Below are positions 37,936 through 51,075 of a stretch of DNA of 64,000 nt, in pieces. Each line of letters opens with the position of its first letter. The stretch's first letter is position 1. A model generated the notes under the pieces. That model made no database searches, was not told where the DNA came from, and was given only the letters and a program-made list of their open reading frames with translations. Both the position numbers and the translations under genes were made by a program. This stretch comes from Narcine bancroftii (taxonomy: Eukaryota): positions 96,534,001-96,598,000 of the forward strand of contig NC_091470.1 of assembly GCF_036971445.1 (NCBI RefSeq), given 5' to 3'.

Positions 37936-38409
37936 CTTAAGGCCTGGTGCAAAGACTCAGTGACTCACTTTCTTTATAATACAGCCAGTAGGAAAGAAAA
38001 GATTGAGGAGGATTGGGAAAGCAGCATCTTTTTAATAAAAACGTCTTTAAAATGCTTGAGAACATTTGTTAGATCTGACCAGTTTGTACACAGGCCTGTT
38101 TCTAAGAGCCTGCAGGTGTGATGAATGAGTGCAATCTCAAAACACTGAGGGTAGCTTTAGCCCACAGCAGTTCGTGGTTACTTTCAGAGCATTCTGCATT
38201 GTGTCTGATTTGTAAATATTTTAACTTGCCTTCTCTATTGTATACAGAAAAACAATTATTTAATGTTCTCAATTCTATGACAATTCAACGACCAATAAAA
38301 GTTACCATATTATGTTGTATGTACTCATTCCTTCATGTTCGACTCATTAGATTTCTGCATTGCAGTGAAAGGCAAGGGACTCTGCATCAGACTGGACAAC
38401 AACAGGAAG

Positions 38410-39585
38410 GTTAGAACCATAGAAAACTGCAGCACAGAAAAGAGGCCATTTGGCCCTTCTAATCGGTGCTGAAACATAATTCCGCTAGTCCATGTATCTA
38501 TTCAATTAATTCTTAAAACTTAAGAGTGAGCCTGCAATTACCACATCAGATGGCAGCTCATTCCACACTCCCACCATTCTCTGAGTGAAATTCCCCCTAA
38601 AGCTTTCCCCTTTCACCCTGAAGCCATGTCCTCTCGCAGTTCTCTCTCCTAATCTAAGTGGAAAGAGCCTAGTCACGTTGACTCATAATCTTGTAAACCT
38701 CTATAAAATCTCCCCTCATTCTGCTACATTCCAGGGAATAAAGTTCGAACCCGTTCAACCTTTCCCTGTAACTCAACTCCTGAAGACCTGGCAACATCCT
38801 AGTAAATCTTCTTTGCACTGTTTCAATCTTACTGATATCCTACCTGTAGTTTGGCGACCAGAACTGTACACTGTACTCCAAATTTGGCCTCACCAATGCC
38901 TTATACAACCTCACCATAACATCCCAACTCCTGTACTCAACACTTTGATTTATGAAGCCCAAGATGCCCAAAGCTTTCTTCACAACCCTGTCTATCTGTG
39001 ACGCTACTTTCAGGGAATTCTGTATCTGTGTTCCCAGATTCCCTTTTTCCTCCGCACCCCTCAGTGCCCGACCATTCACCGTGTATGACCTTTCTTGGTT
39101 TGTCCTTCCAAAATACACCTCACACTTCTCTGCATTAAATTCCACCTGCCATTTTCTGGTCCATTTTTCCAGCTGGGCAGATCCCTCTGCAAGCTTTGAA
39201 AACCTTCCTCACTGTCCACAACGTCTCCAATCTTAGTGTCATCTGCAAACATGCTGATCTAATTTCCCACATTATCATCCAGATCATTGATACAGACAAC
39301 AAACAACAATGGTCCCAGCACCGACCCTTGAGGTCCCAGGCCTTCAATCTGAGAAGCAATCATCTACTACCACTCTCTGTCTTTTCCCGTTCAGCCAATT
39401 TCAAATCCAGTTTCCATCCTCTCCATGGATACCTAATGTCTGAACCTTCCTTGACTAACCTCCCATGTGGGACCTTATCAAAGGCCTTACTAAAGTCCAT
39501 GCAGACAAAATCCACACCCTTCCCTTCATCTACCTTCTTGATGACCTCCTCAAAAACTATAAGATTTGTTAAACACGACCTATAG
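38410..39585 (-). mobile_element. CR1 LINE, 3' 1.2 kb
   Basis: RSCLTNLIVFEE..DFSKAFDKVPHGRL; MEFNAEKCEV; LYKALVRPNLEYSVQFWSP. Confidence 0.85.
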
Positions 39586-40152
39586 TGCATCAAGATAAAG
39601 CTCCTTCCATGCGGCCCTTCCGCGCTCTGGAGACAGGTACCGCATGGGTCAGATTGGAAGTTGATGGTTCAGGTGCAGAGTAATTCTCATTTGTTGTCAG
39701 ATCTGCCTCAGGGCAGGTGGGAAGGCATTCTGCACCTTCGCACTGACCTGCCCTTTCCAGCTCTTGTTGCTGGAAATCAACAGACAGCAAAAGTCCCTGA
39801 GGGACAGAGGAAAGGAGAGAAAAGAGGATGGAAGGAGAGGAATAAGCCTTACACACAGGGCAAGAATAGATGGACCAGGGAAGAGATACAGAACCACCAG
39901 GCTGAGAATCAGCTTCTTCCCACAGGCACTGAGAATATTGAACAAGCCCTCCGAGAGTCTACTGTTTATTAAATGATATTTTTATATTATCTATGTCCTG
40001 CCTATGTATCGTTTGTCTGTCTGTCTGTTATGTCTGGTTGTATGTCTGCATGTTTTGCACAGAGGACCGGAGAACCCTGTTTCATCAAATTGTACTTCTA
40101 CAATCAGAGGATAATGAACTTTAATGAAATACTGGAAGGGAAGCAATGGGAA

Positions 40153-40360
40153 TAGCAGCGCTCCTGAATCTGGGGAAGATACCAGCGCTCCTGAATCTGG
40201 GAGAGATACCAGTGCTCCCAAATCTGGGGGTGTTACCACCACTCCTGAATCTGGGGGGAGATACCAGTGTTCCTGAATCCGGGGAAGATACCAGCACTCC
40301 TGAATCTGGGGGAAATTACGAACACTCCTGAATCTGGAGGAGTGATCAATGCTCCTGGAG
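40153..40360. repeat. Tandem repeat, unit about 24 bp (ataccagcactcctgaatctggggaag)
   Basis: About 8 copies. Confidence 0.85.
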
Positions 40361-42047
40361 CTGCCCAAAGATACTGCGAATCCCTGGATCCAATCCAGGG
40401 GGTCCAGAATGGTCACAGCCCAGGCAGTGTGACGAAGGGAGGGAAGAGGGAGTGGGCACTGGAGGAACAGCCGTTGCAGAGGAGCAGATCATGGTTCTCC
40501 TCACTTGGCCCACACTGCAGCAGAGCTCTGCCAATGTGGGGTGTGTGGGAGGAGGGTCAGGCAGAGCTGAAGGTCCTTTGCAGAGGTCAGGAGGATGGGG
40601 CTGGACCAAGAGAGCTCCGATGAGGCAAGACCTGCTCCAGAGGCAGGTTGTCGGTCCAGGAACCCTGGCAAGATGTTGGAGAAGGGGTGGAGAGGCTGGA
40701 AGGGATCCCCCAATGGGGACCTCCTCCAGGCACCAAGCCAGAACAGAGCTGGAGCTGGAAGCAGCAGTGAAAGTCCTGTCAGTGGCCACAAGCAAGTGCC
40801 TGCCAGCCCTAGGCACCACGGAGGTTAGACCACTCCACAACCAGTCTCCGCTCCCAGCAGCTACTTCCCCATCCTGCTGGCGACTGGGAAGAGAGGAGCA
40901 GGGGGTTGGGCAGCAGAGCTGTGGGCCCCCTGGCCTCACCATGCCACAGGAGGCAGCTTTGCATCGGGCGCTCGGCTGTGGACACTGCAGTGGTGCAAAG
41001 AGCGATGGCAGCCACGTTCCCGAACAGAACACAGGAGCAGGAGTCGTCAATCCGCCCCGTCAAACCTGCTCCCACATCCAGTGGAATCACAGCTGATCTG
41101 GTCGTGAACTCAGCTTCACCTTTCCCCCATAACTCTTAATCCCCCAACGATGCAAAGAGATCTATTTTCCCGTATATATTTAATGAGGCAGACTCTACTG
41201 CTTCCTCAGGTAATGATTTCCGAAGAAAATCAGTCAGGATTTTGAAAATATTTGCTAAGTATACTTTTCAATTACTGAAATTACCAGCTTAAAAACTATA
41301 TTCATGAATAAATATTATTATGTAAATGTACTTTAATATTCATATAACATTTTTGTAACAAAATGTGCATATAAGAGTTGGTAATTTTTTTCAGATCTTG
41401 CGGCTCTCAAACATCTGAAGTTTATGTGGTTCATGCTAAGCAAGTGTGGCCACCCCCTGTTATCGCTCTTGGTTTGGCTTTGCAGACAGATTCAGGAAGG
41501 ACCGTTGACATGGGCACGTCCTTCGAGTCTGCGCAATGGATTTTTTAAGGTGGGGTGCAGTACTGGCCCCAGCCTTTACACCCGCTGTTTATCCGCTGTG
41601 GCCCAGCACGCTGGGGAGGTGACCACCAGGTCCTCAGGTTATCAGTGCCATGATGGAGTGTCCATTTCCTAGATGGATGGCCTGACGAGGCGAGCGATCC
41701 CCCAGCTGCCTGGGGTTGAATTCAGTGTTTTCCATCTCTTAGACTGCCAGCCAACCAAGGCTGACGAGCTCAGCCAACACGTCCAGTTATATGGCCGGAC
41801 ACTCGGTCACGCCATGCAGTGGTGGATTAATTATCAGCTCCCTCCCCTTTGTTGAATAGAATAAAGTGATGTTAAGATACATTAAATAACATATTTAAAG
41901 GTCCCAAAAATGATCGATTTTGACCCCTGGGAGTTGTTTGGACTATCCAAGGATCATAAAAATGCCAGGTAGTTGAAAGTGGGTCGATAAATGCCGGGGG
42001 TGTGGGGGCCAATGAACTTTTAGGGTCAAAAGAATTGAAGAGCACAA

Positions 42048-42590
42048 TGTCCCCACTCCTGCTGGGAGATTGAGGTCCCCACTCCTGCTGGGAGATTAAG
42101 GTCATTAGTCCTGCTGGGAGAGTGAGGTCTCTGCTCCTGCTGGGAGAGTGAGGTCTCTACTCCTGCTGGGAGAGTGAGGTCCCTGCTCCTGCTGGGAGTG
42201 AGGTCCCCGCTCCTGCCGGGAGAGTGAGGTCCCCACTCCTGCTGGGAGAGTGAGGTCCCTGCTCCTGTGTTATTGAGCCCCCAACCCTACCCACCCACAG
42301 CACTAGTGTCACTAGGGGGTTGCGGACATCACTGTGTGATGCCATCGGAGTGGGGGGAGGGGGTCACCAAAATGAATCACGTGGTTTTGTCTCCACGCGC
42401 TATAAGCACGCATGTTTGTCTGAAACACCGGAGGGAGGGGTAAGTGTGATGACGTGGCGGACGGAGGCAGGTATGGCACTCCCCGCCCTGCTGAGTGTGT
42501 TCTCCAACAGCAGCTTATGGCCCTCTCCCCGCGGTCACCCTAATGCCTCCCAATTAGATTTCTTCTGGTGTCAACTCTGCTGGTACCTAA
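42048..42590. repeat. 22-bp tandem array (gagagtgaggtccccactcctgctgg-type) plus about 300 bp MITE-like segment, copy 1
   Basis: Same composite recurs at 45125-45710. Confidence 0.85.
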
Positions 42591-42616
42591 TACCTCTGCC
42601 CTCTTATGCTTTAGAC

Positions 42617-43407
42617 CAGGGGTGTCAAACTCAAATTCACAGAGGGCCAAAATTAAAAACTTGGACTAAGTCGTGGGCCAAACTAAATATTTATTGAAAA
42701 TTTTCAACAACATCTGCATGTTTTCTCTTCTTTCAACATATGTAATGTTAAACTTTTTCTTATTAAAATAAATGTTTAATAATAGTTTTGGTTAAACTCT
42801 TTCCAGAAGAAGCATTAACAAATGAGAAATAAAATATTCAATAAATAATATTTCTCTATAGCCTTTAGGCTCCTTTAAATGTATTTTTTTTCACAAGCCA
42901 ACAAGTCAAAAAAATAACAACTTGCTTCAATGAAAATCCAATCTTTCAACTATGAACAGTCCAAAGTTAACCAAAGAAAATACTAATCCAAGCTTAGCTT
43001 GCTACACTGTGATTTACTCTGATGCACCTGGGTCTAAATCAGATACTTGGCATCTCTTAGATGCAAGTTCATCAAACTCTGGGGTCAGAGTTTGCCTCCC
43101 ACCTTTCTTGAAAGGTCCTGTTTTCTGTCTTTCGTTTGGCCATTTTTCGTAAGGGGTTTATTACATGTGAGTTGGGCGACAGGTCGCAGATGCTAATGAA
43201 GTAAAGAGAGGAGGTGGGGGCGATTAGTGGGCAGACGCCAATGCATTTGCAAAGCATTCTGGGATTTGTAGTATTAGTTGTGCATGTGCTATACTACCGT
43301 GGTGGCCAGCAGGCCAGCTCTAATACATATTTGATATGATCTTGCGGGCCAAATATAATTATATCATGGGCCAAATTTGGCCCGCGGGCCTGAGTTTGAC
43401 ATGTGTG
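42617..43407 (-). mobile_element. Non-autonomous hAT (Charlie/GTF2IRD2-type) transposon, 791 bp
   Basis: Ends caggggtgtcaaactc / gagtttgacatgtgtg; perfect 8-bp TSD CTTTAGAC at 42609-42616 and 43408-43415; transposase N-terminus MAKRKTENRTFQERWE. Confidence 0.9.
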
Positions 43408-43449
43408 CTTTAGACCCTCACTATGGGAAAAAGACTTTGACCATCTACC

Positions 43450-44080
43450 CTACTGGAGAGTGTGAGAGCACCAAGTCCCTTGCAATTCACTGAACTAGTG
43501 ACCTATTGTGGACCCTCAACCTCTCCTCACTTGTCAGGAACATGTAACAGCGACTGCACTTCCTGAGAAAACTAAAGTGGGCAAGGCTACCAGCCACCAT
43601 CATGTCAACTGTCTACAGGAGCTCTATCCAGAGTGTCCTGGCCACAATGTGGTACAGTTGCTGCAGAGAAATGGATCAGAGGTCAATCCACAGGACCATA
43701 AGAGTGGCAGAAGATCGATGGAGTCTCCCTCCCCCCCCCATCAGTGGGATCTACCTGGATCATTGCCTGAAGAGGATGCGCAAAATCATTGAGGACCCCC
43801 TCCTCCCTGCACACGCCATCTTTCAGCTGCTCCTGTTGGGGAAGAGATACAGGGGTATCAGAGTGAATGCTGAATGACCATAGGAACTGCTTGCATTACC
43901 ATCCCAGACTCTCGTATTCATGAAACAATATTTATATATGAAAACTTGTCCTGCCCATGTATTGTTTGTCTGTGTGTGCTATGTTTGGTTGTGTATCTGT
44001 TTGTTTGCACTGAGGACCGGAGAACGCTGCTTCATCAGGTTGTGCTTGTACAATCGGATGACAATAAACATGACTTGATG
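43450..44080 (+). mobile_element. Rex1/Babar-like LINE 3' fragment
   Basis: YRSSIQSVL...WY...PAHAIFQLL..GKRYRGI. Confidence 0.7.
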
Positions 44081-44219
44081 ATGCCTTTCATAACCTTACA
44101 CACTTCATTCAGGTCACCTCAGTCCCTCTCTTCTCCAAAACACTTGCAGCCTCTACAATCTCTTCTGTCATCTCTCTGCTGCAACCACATCCTTCCTATA
44201 GTATGGTGACTGAAACTGC

Positions 44220-44490
44220 GCCCACCTGGTTCCACCTATCACATATTGATTCTTCCCCTCCTCCTACTTGGTTCCATCTGCCAATCATTGCATATCCACC
44301 TATCACATACTGACCCCCCTTTCCCCCACCTGATTCCATCTGTCAATCATCCCTTCTCCACCTATCACATACTGACCCCCCCTTCCCCCACCTGGTTCCA
44401 TCTGTCAGTCATCTCTTTTCCACTTATCACATACTGACCCCCCTTCCCCCACCTGGTTCCATCTGCCAGTCATCCCCTCTGGACTTGGTC
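44220..44490. repeat. Tandem repeat, unit about 58-62 bp
   Basis: cacctatcacatactgacccc...cacctggttccatctg, four copies. Confidence 0.8.
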
Positions 44491-45124
44491 CAGCCTCCTC
44501 CAATGTCCTTCTCTTCCCCTCTCAGCCCTGATACAGGGTCTTGACTCAAAATGTCAGCTTGTGCACCACTTCCCTGCATGATTAAATTTTAGACATACAA
44601 CACGGGAACAAGTCATTCTGGCCTGTGAGTCCATGCCCCCCAGGTATACTAACTCATAACACTTTACATGTTTAGTGAGTGGGAGGGAACAGGAGCCTCC
44701 GGAGGAAACCCATGCAGACTCGAGGCGAACGTGCAAACTCCTTACAGACAGTGCAGGATTCAAACCCCAGGTCACTGGCGCTGTAACAGTGTCGCACTAA
44801 TTGTTATGCTAATCATGAGGCAGTGTTCTCCCAACATTCTGCTTGTTGATACCCGAGTCCCCCTGGGGACTTGTGGGCCGAAAGGGCCTGTTACCTTGTT
44901 GTATGTCTAAATTTAAAAAATAATTTTAATCACAGCCCAGGAACATGGGAGGCCCCCCCCCCCTTTACATCGGGGACCTGGGTGGAGAGTGCTGCACCAA
45001 GCAGTGCCATGTAATCGCTTCCTGAGTTGGTTTGCCGACACCCCGGTTGCCTGCGTGGAGTGTGAGAGTCTGCAGCCCCTCCTCGCTTACCTGAAGGTAC
45101 TGCTCCTTAAGTTCTGGCTGTACT

Positions 45125-45710
45125 TCAGAGATTGAGGTACCCGCTACTGCTGGGAGATTGAGGTGCCCGCTATGCTGGGAGAATGAGGTCCCTGCTCCAG
45201 CTGGGAGATTGAGGTCCCCACTCTCTGGTGGGAGAGTGAGGTCCCCGCTCCTGCTGCGAGATTGAGCTGCCCACTCTCTGGTGAGGTCCCCGCTCCTGCT
45301 GGGAGAATGAGGTCCCTGCTCCAGCTGGGAGACTGAGGTCATTACTCCTGCTGGGAGACTGAGGTCCCCGCTCTTGAGTTATTGAGCCCCTGCCCCCACC
45401 TCCACTCACCCGCAACATTAATATGTCACTAGGGTGTCGTGGACCACACCGGGTGATGCCATCGGGGGGGGGGAGGTGTCACCAAAATGAATCACGTGCT
45501 TTCTTCTCTACGCGCTATAAGCACGCACTTTTGTCTGAAACGCCGGAGAAAGGGGGATGTGTGACGGCGTGGCGAACGGAGGAGATCCATGGCAGGTACG
45601 GCACCCGCTCCCTCCCCTGTTGAGTGAGTTCTCAAATGGCAGATTGTGCCCCCCTCCCTACAGCTATCCAAATTGCCCCCCCCCAAATTCAATCGCTTCT
45701 GACACCAACT
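45125..45710. repeat. 22-bp tandem array plus MITE-like segment, copy 2
   Basis: Shares caccaaaatgaatcacgtg...acgcgctataagcacgca with 42366-42412. Confidence 0.85.
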
Positions 45711-46423
45711 CCCCAAGGCGTTCTATGCATACAGGAAGAACAGAAGGATGATGAGCGTGAAGGTGGGGCTGCTGAGGGATAGAGGAGGGAACGTGTGCCT
45801 GGAGGGGGAGGAGGTTGGGGGGGGGTCCAAAATGAATACTTCAGTTTCACCTGAGAAAATAGGGCAGGGCGTTAGTGTAGCGGTTTGCGCAACGCTGGTT
45901 AGGGGTTCGAATCCCGCGCTATCTGTAAGGAGTTTGCATGTTCTCCCTGTGTCTGCGTGGGTTTTCCTTGTGGGATGGGGGGTTTCCTCCCGTTCAAAAG
46001 GGGGCTGCGCGGCCTGATCTGTTGGGGGGGGGGGAACCAGGCCAAGGCGGAGACTCTGTGCTGTGGAGTGGACTGCATTGGGCGCCTGGCTGGGAGGAAC
46101 CGGAGGTTTGTATGCTCTCCGGTGGGAGCGTCAGGGGAGAGCACGGAGCGGCCGTGCCTTTTCGTGTCTGGCCCGGAGGTGGGGGCCGTTAGTTCTCTCT
46201 GTTGCTACTGTGCCAAAGCTTGCGGGCCCATATGGAGGTGTGAACTGTGCGGCGGTTCTTCAGTTCAAGCTACTGGACTTAAATCTGTGACTGGTTTCCT
46301 TTGTGAGACTGTCTCGGTTTGCACTGTCTATGTTCCTCTGTGTTGGTATGCCTCATTCTGGTGTAACCATGGTCTGGTTTGCTTTCGTGTAATGTTGTCA
46401 TACTACGTAGCATTATGTTGTGT

Positions 46424-46920
46424 GGTACTCGAGATGGCAGAGGTCGACAGCATCGAGTCCATGCTGCTGAAGATCCAGCTGCGCTGGATGGGTCACGTCT
46501 CCAGAATGGAGGACCATCGCCTTCCCAAGATCGTGTTATATGGCGAGCTCTCCACTGGCCACCGTGACAGAGGTGCACCAAAGAAAAGGTACAAGGACTG
46601 CCTAAAGAAATCTCTTGGTGCCTGCCACATTGACCACCGCCAGTGGGCTGATATCGCCTCCAACCGTGCATCTTGACGCCTCACAGTTCAGCGGGCAGCA
46701 ACCTCCTTTGAAGAAGACCGCAAAGCCCACCTCACTGACGAAAGGCAAAGGAGGAAAAACCCAACACCCAACCCCAACCAACCAATTTTCCCCTGCAACC
46801 GCTGCAATGGTGTCTGCCTGTCCCGCATCGGACTTGTCAGCCACAAACGAGCCTGCAGCTGACGTGGACTTTTTACCCCCTCCATAAATCTTCGTCCGCG
46901 AAGCCAAGCCAAAGAAGAAA
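46424..46920 (+). mobile_element. RTE-clade LINE 3' end
   Basis: QLRWMGHVSRMEDHRLPKIVLYGEL...RGAPKKRYKD; C2H2-like C-terminus; gccaa/aag tail. Confidence 0.85.
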
Positions 46921-47314
46921 TGTTGTGTGGTCTTATGTGTCATACGATATTGCATTGCATAGTGGTGCAAAACAAAAGGTAATGATTCATCTCCCCCCCC
47001 CTCCTCCCCCCCTCCTCCTCCCCTCCCCTCCTCCTCCCCCCCCTCCTCCTCCAAGATGTGACTACAAGATTTTGACAGCCAGCTCTTGTATCTCAGGGTC
47101 GGAGCAGCAAGGAAATAATCTGCAAAAAGTGAAGGTGGTTTAGGGAAGACGTCAGGGATCAGGGGTGGGGAGGGAGGGGGCTGGAATGCCCTGGCGGATG
47201 TTGCACCATGAGGGGCGGGCCCGGAGCCGCCTCGTCCCCTCTGCCCCTTCAGATTGTGCCAGATCGTAGTGAGACGTCGAGCCTGCTGGATTAACTGGAA
47301 AGTTCGCCTCCTCA

Positions 47315-47416
47315 AAGTTTTCATTCGCCCCCTTGAAGTTTTCATTCGCCCCATTGAAGTTTTCATTCGCCCCCTTGAAGTTTTCATTCACCTCCTTGAA
47401 GTTTTCATTCGCCCTT
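47315..47416. repeat. 21-bp tandem repeat gaagttttcattcgccccctt, about 5 copies
   Basis: Directly visible. Confidence 0.9.
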
Positions 47417-50349
47417 GCCCCCCCCCCCCCCCCCCCCGCCCTCCGAAGTTTTGTTAACTTCTCGTCGGACGAGATGGGATCGTCCAGGCTTCTCCGATCG
47501 GCGGTGAGTCAACTTGTCTGGATCGGGCTGGAAGTGGAGTGGGGTTGGGGGGGAATGAATGGCCGGGAGTGAGTGAGTGAATCGGGCTGGAAGTGGAATG
47601 GCCGGGAGTGAGAGTGAGTGAGGTGGGGGATGGCCGGGAGTGAGTGACTGAGGTGGGGGAAGGAGCCAGTCCACCTCTGAACATCTCTGCCCGACTGTCG
47701 GAAGAGGTGGGTCTTGGCCTGAATGATCCCGTCCACATGGCAGCGGGTGGCCCGTAGGGGAACGTTGTGCTGGGGAGGACTAGGAGAGGTGGAAGGGGCC
47801 GGCTGGACGCTGCCCATATTGTCAATCGGGTTCCAACAGCGAGCAGTAAATTCATCTCTTGGCTTCTCTGAGACCCACCCCAGTGTCCCCCAGAATCTGT
47901 CGGAAACTATCGCTTCCCCTGACTTGTTTTGGTTGAAGAATTTTGAGGCCTTTTCTGTATCCCTGCTCTGTGACGGTTTTATAAGATCTTTGCTCCATAA
48001 AAGTTCTGCCTTGTTAGCCTTGAGCTCTTCACTTTAGAAGCGGCCACCCAGAAATCGTATTCCAGGAACAGAGTTGAAGGAGGTAAAACAGTGGATTCTG
48101 TTGAAACCGGTGGTTAAGTGAAAAAAAACACGCACAAACACTGGAGAAACTCAGCTGGTCAAACAGTGGCTTTATGTAGCAAAGGTGAAGTTACATCACT
48201 GATGTTGTTTCGGGCTTGAGCCCTTCATCAAGGAAGGAAATCGTCCTGGTAGGGGCAGCCGCGGAGGTTTCAAGCAGCCTCTCGGAAGCCGAGGGATTAA
48301 GTTGTGCAGGGACGGAGATGTTTCTTCCTGAAGGGCAATGGAAAGTAGGCATAGTCCTGCCCCAGTTGTGCAGATGGATGCCTACGTCTATTTCCTCACT
48401 TCCTCACCTGGAAACCTCTCTAAACCTTTAAAGAGTTGCGTTCTCTGACCAAGATCAAAAGAATACTGAATGCATTATTGAGCAAAACTCTGCCTTTCAT
48501 TGCAGAGGATGAAGTTTAGACAGAGATCCCATTTTCTTCTGGTCAAGGTGTGTATTGACTTGCTTGTTTCTGGTCTCCTCCCAAACTCCTCTGTTGGAGC
48601 TGCCACTCAGTGTCTGGCTGGTGCTTGCTCCGCTACTGGCGACACGAGTTCCTTATCAATTCATTCAGGTGGGGGGGGGGGGGGGAGAGGAAATAGTCTC
48701 AGTGGGTTTAGGCAGCATGCTGAATGTTTAATGCAAGAGCTGAATGGTGCAAGTACAATATTTCAGAGTGAAGCACGGATGCATGCAGACATTATGGTTA
48801 AAAACAGAAATGCTGGAGGAACTCAGCAGGTCTCGCAGCGTCGCTAGGAGGCAAAGACCTTTAGGGCCTGAGCCCTTCTTCAGGGGCTGATATTTGTCTG
48901 TAGCCCTTTTTACACTGAAAAGGTGCGTTATTGCCGCATAAACGACCCGTCTCTGGAAGCCGGCACAAAAGAAATGCTGGGTCCGTGAGCTTCCCAAAAA
49001 CAAAATTGGTGGGACGTGTAGCCCAGCGGCGGGGCTATGTGGGCCCTTTTAGATTGGTCCTTCATCAATACCCTCCACTCAGAGGGTATTACCTACCTAC
49101 CTTGGAGGATTGAAGCTGGGTAGGTTTAGAGACCCCAATTTACCTTCGATGTGTTCACACAGCATTCGAAAGGCAAATAATACCCAGCTTTCGAGTGCTA
49201 TGTATATAACTAGGAGTCTTTGCAAAATAAAGGGTTAGCCATTCAGGCTAGAGCTGTGAAGAAACCTCTCCATTCAGTGAATAATCATATGAATTCTGTA
49301 CCCACCAGAAAGATAGATGGAAGTAGCGAGATACAGTGTAGAAACAAGCCGTGGCCAACCATCACCCTCCCATCAACATAAATCCCATTTATTCCTCCCA
49401 TATTCTCATGAACCTCTCCCCAGCCACACACCAGCGGCAATGTGCACTGCACAATCAACCTGCTAACCAGCAGGCTTTTGAGAAAACTCGCACAGCTGAG
49501 CGCATCATGGGGAAAACATACAAACCCCACAGAGACAGCGCCCGAGGCTAGGATTGCATCCGGATTACTCTTGCTGCTGGCTGAGCAATCTCGGCTGTAT
49601 AATCAGGGACAGAAATTAATCGGTTTCAGGATGTTAAGAAATGTAGGGTAGAGTTATTGCAAGGAAATGGTACTGAGTTGAGATAGAATCATAGATCACA
49701 GAAACAAGCCCTTTGGCCCTTCTAGTCTGTGATTTTTGACCCTTTTTTTTGGCCTAGTCCCACTGACCTGCACCGTCCATAGCCCTCCATACCTCCCCAT
49801 CCATGCACCGGTCCAAATTGTCCTTAAATGTTAAAATTGAATCCGCATTCCACTTCCATCCCCGGCAAGGCATTCCAGGCACCCACAACTGTCTATGTCA
49901 CCCTGATGTCTCCTCTAAACTTCCCTCCCTTAACTTTGTACAGATGTCCTCTGGTGTTTGCTGTAGATAGGCTTTGGATATTGATATCCCATTAAGGGAG
50001 CACCTCTATTTATAAAGTTAATTCAGGAATCCAGTGAGAGCAAAAGTCCAAAGATCCTGATCAATTTCTGACATGGAGGCTCGACCAGAAAAGTCGACTG
50101 ACACCTTTTGCCTCCACAGAAGCTGGAGTTCTTCCGGCGTTTGTTTTGAATCCCAGATTCCAGCCTCTGCGGTCCTCGTTTTCTGTGTCAGCACGGTGAA
50201 CTTCCCGTGGCCCGCGGGGCAGGTGTCCAACCTTGCTGCTCATCTGAGGACCTCCTTGGTTCCCAGCATGGAGCAGCATTGACTTTGTGGGCATGTGTGT
50301 GGAATTGGTCTGGTGCAGTCTATAAGCACTGGACCGATTTATCGTCCGA

Positions 50350-51075
50350 GTACAGCCACGACATCACATACAAACGTGAGATTCTTTTTCCTGCGATTGA
50401 GACAGAATTACCACTTTGTGGCACTCAAAATAAAACCTGACTCAACGTACACATGTAAACAAATTGTGGAACACATAGGGGGAAAAAAATCACTAAAAGC
50501 AAAAGTAATTGTCCTTAAATGAGGCCCTGAATGACTTTGTTGTTGAGGAGTCTGATGGTGAAGGGGTAGCAGCTGGTCCTGAGTCTTGAGGCACCTCTAC
50601 CTCTTTCCTGATGGTAGCAGCGAGAACAGAGCATGTGCTGGGTAGTGAGGGTCCTTGATGGTCGCTGCTGCTCTCCGATGGCAGCGTTCCCTGCAGATGT
50701 TCTCGGGGAGGGTTTTTCCTGGGCTGTGTCCACTGCCTTTTGGAGGCCTTTCTGCTTGGGGTATTGGTGTCCCCATACCAGACCGTGATGCAGTCGATCA
50801 GCACACTTTCCACCAAATGTCTGTAGAAAGCTGCCAGGGTTACCTATCTTTTGCCAAACCTCTGCAAACTTCTGAGGAAGTAGAGGCAGTGACGAGCTTT
50901 CTTCACGGTGCCAGAAGTGTGTTGGGTCCAGGAAAGATCGCCCAAGACAGTGACTCCCAGGAACTTAAATTTTCTCACCCTCTCCACCCTTCCCCAATGA
51001 TCCCTGGATCATACACCTCTGGTTTTCCCTTCCTGAAGTCAACATTCAGCTCTTTAGTTTTGGTGACATTGAAGT
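50350..51075 (-). mobile_element. Rex1/Babar-like LINE 3' fragment
   Basis: NVTKTKELNVDFRK, VESVLIDCITVWYG. Confidence 0.75.

Noticed and set aside
40346-41096. 200+ aa ORFs on both strands
   Set aside because: No recognisable motifs or splice support; GC-rich composition suffices
45957-47387. 239-aa and 261-aa ORFs
   Set aside because: Chimeric read-through across SINE, RTE and tandem-repeat sequence
37375-47416. Short tandem arrays (32, 24, 22 and 21 bp) as CRISPR-like arrays
   Set aside because: No unique spacers, no cas genes, eukaryotic context; ordinary minisatellites
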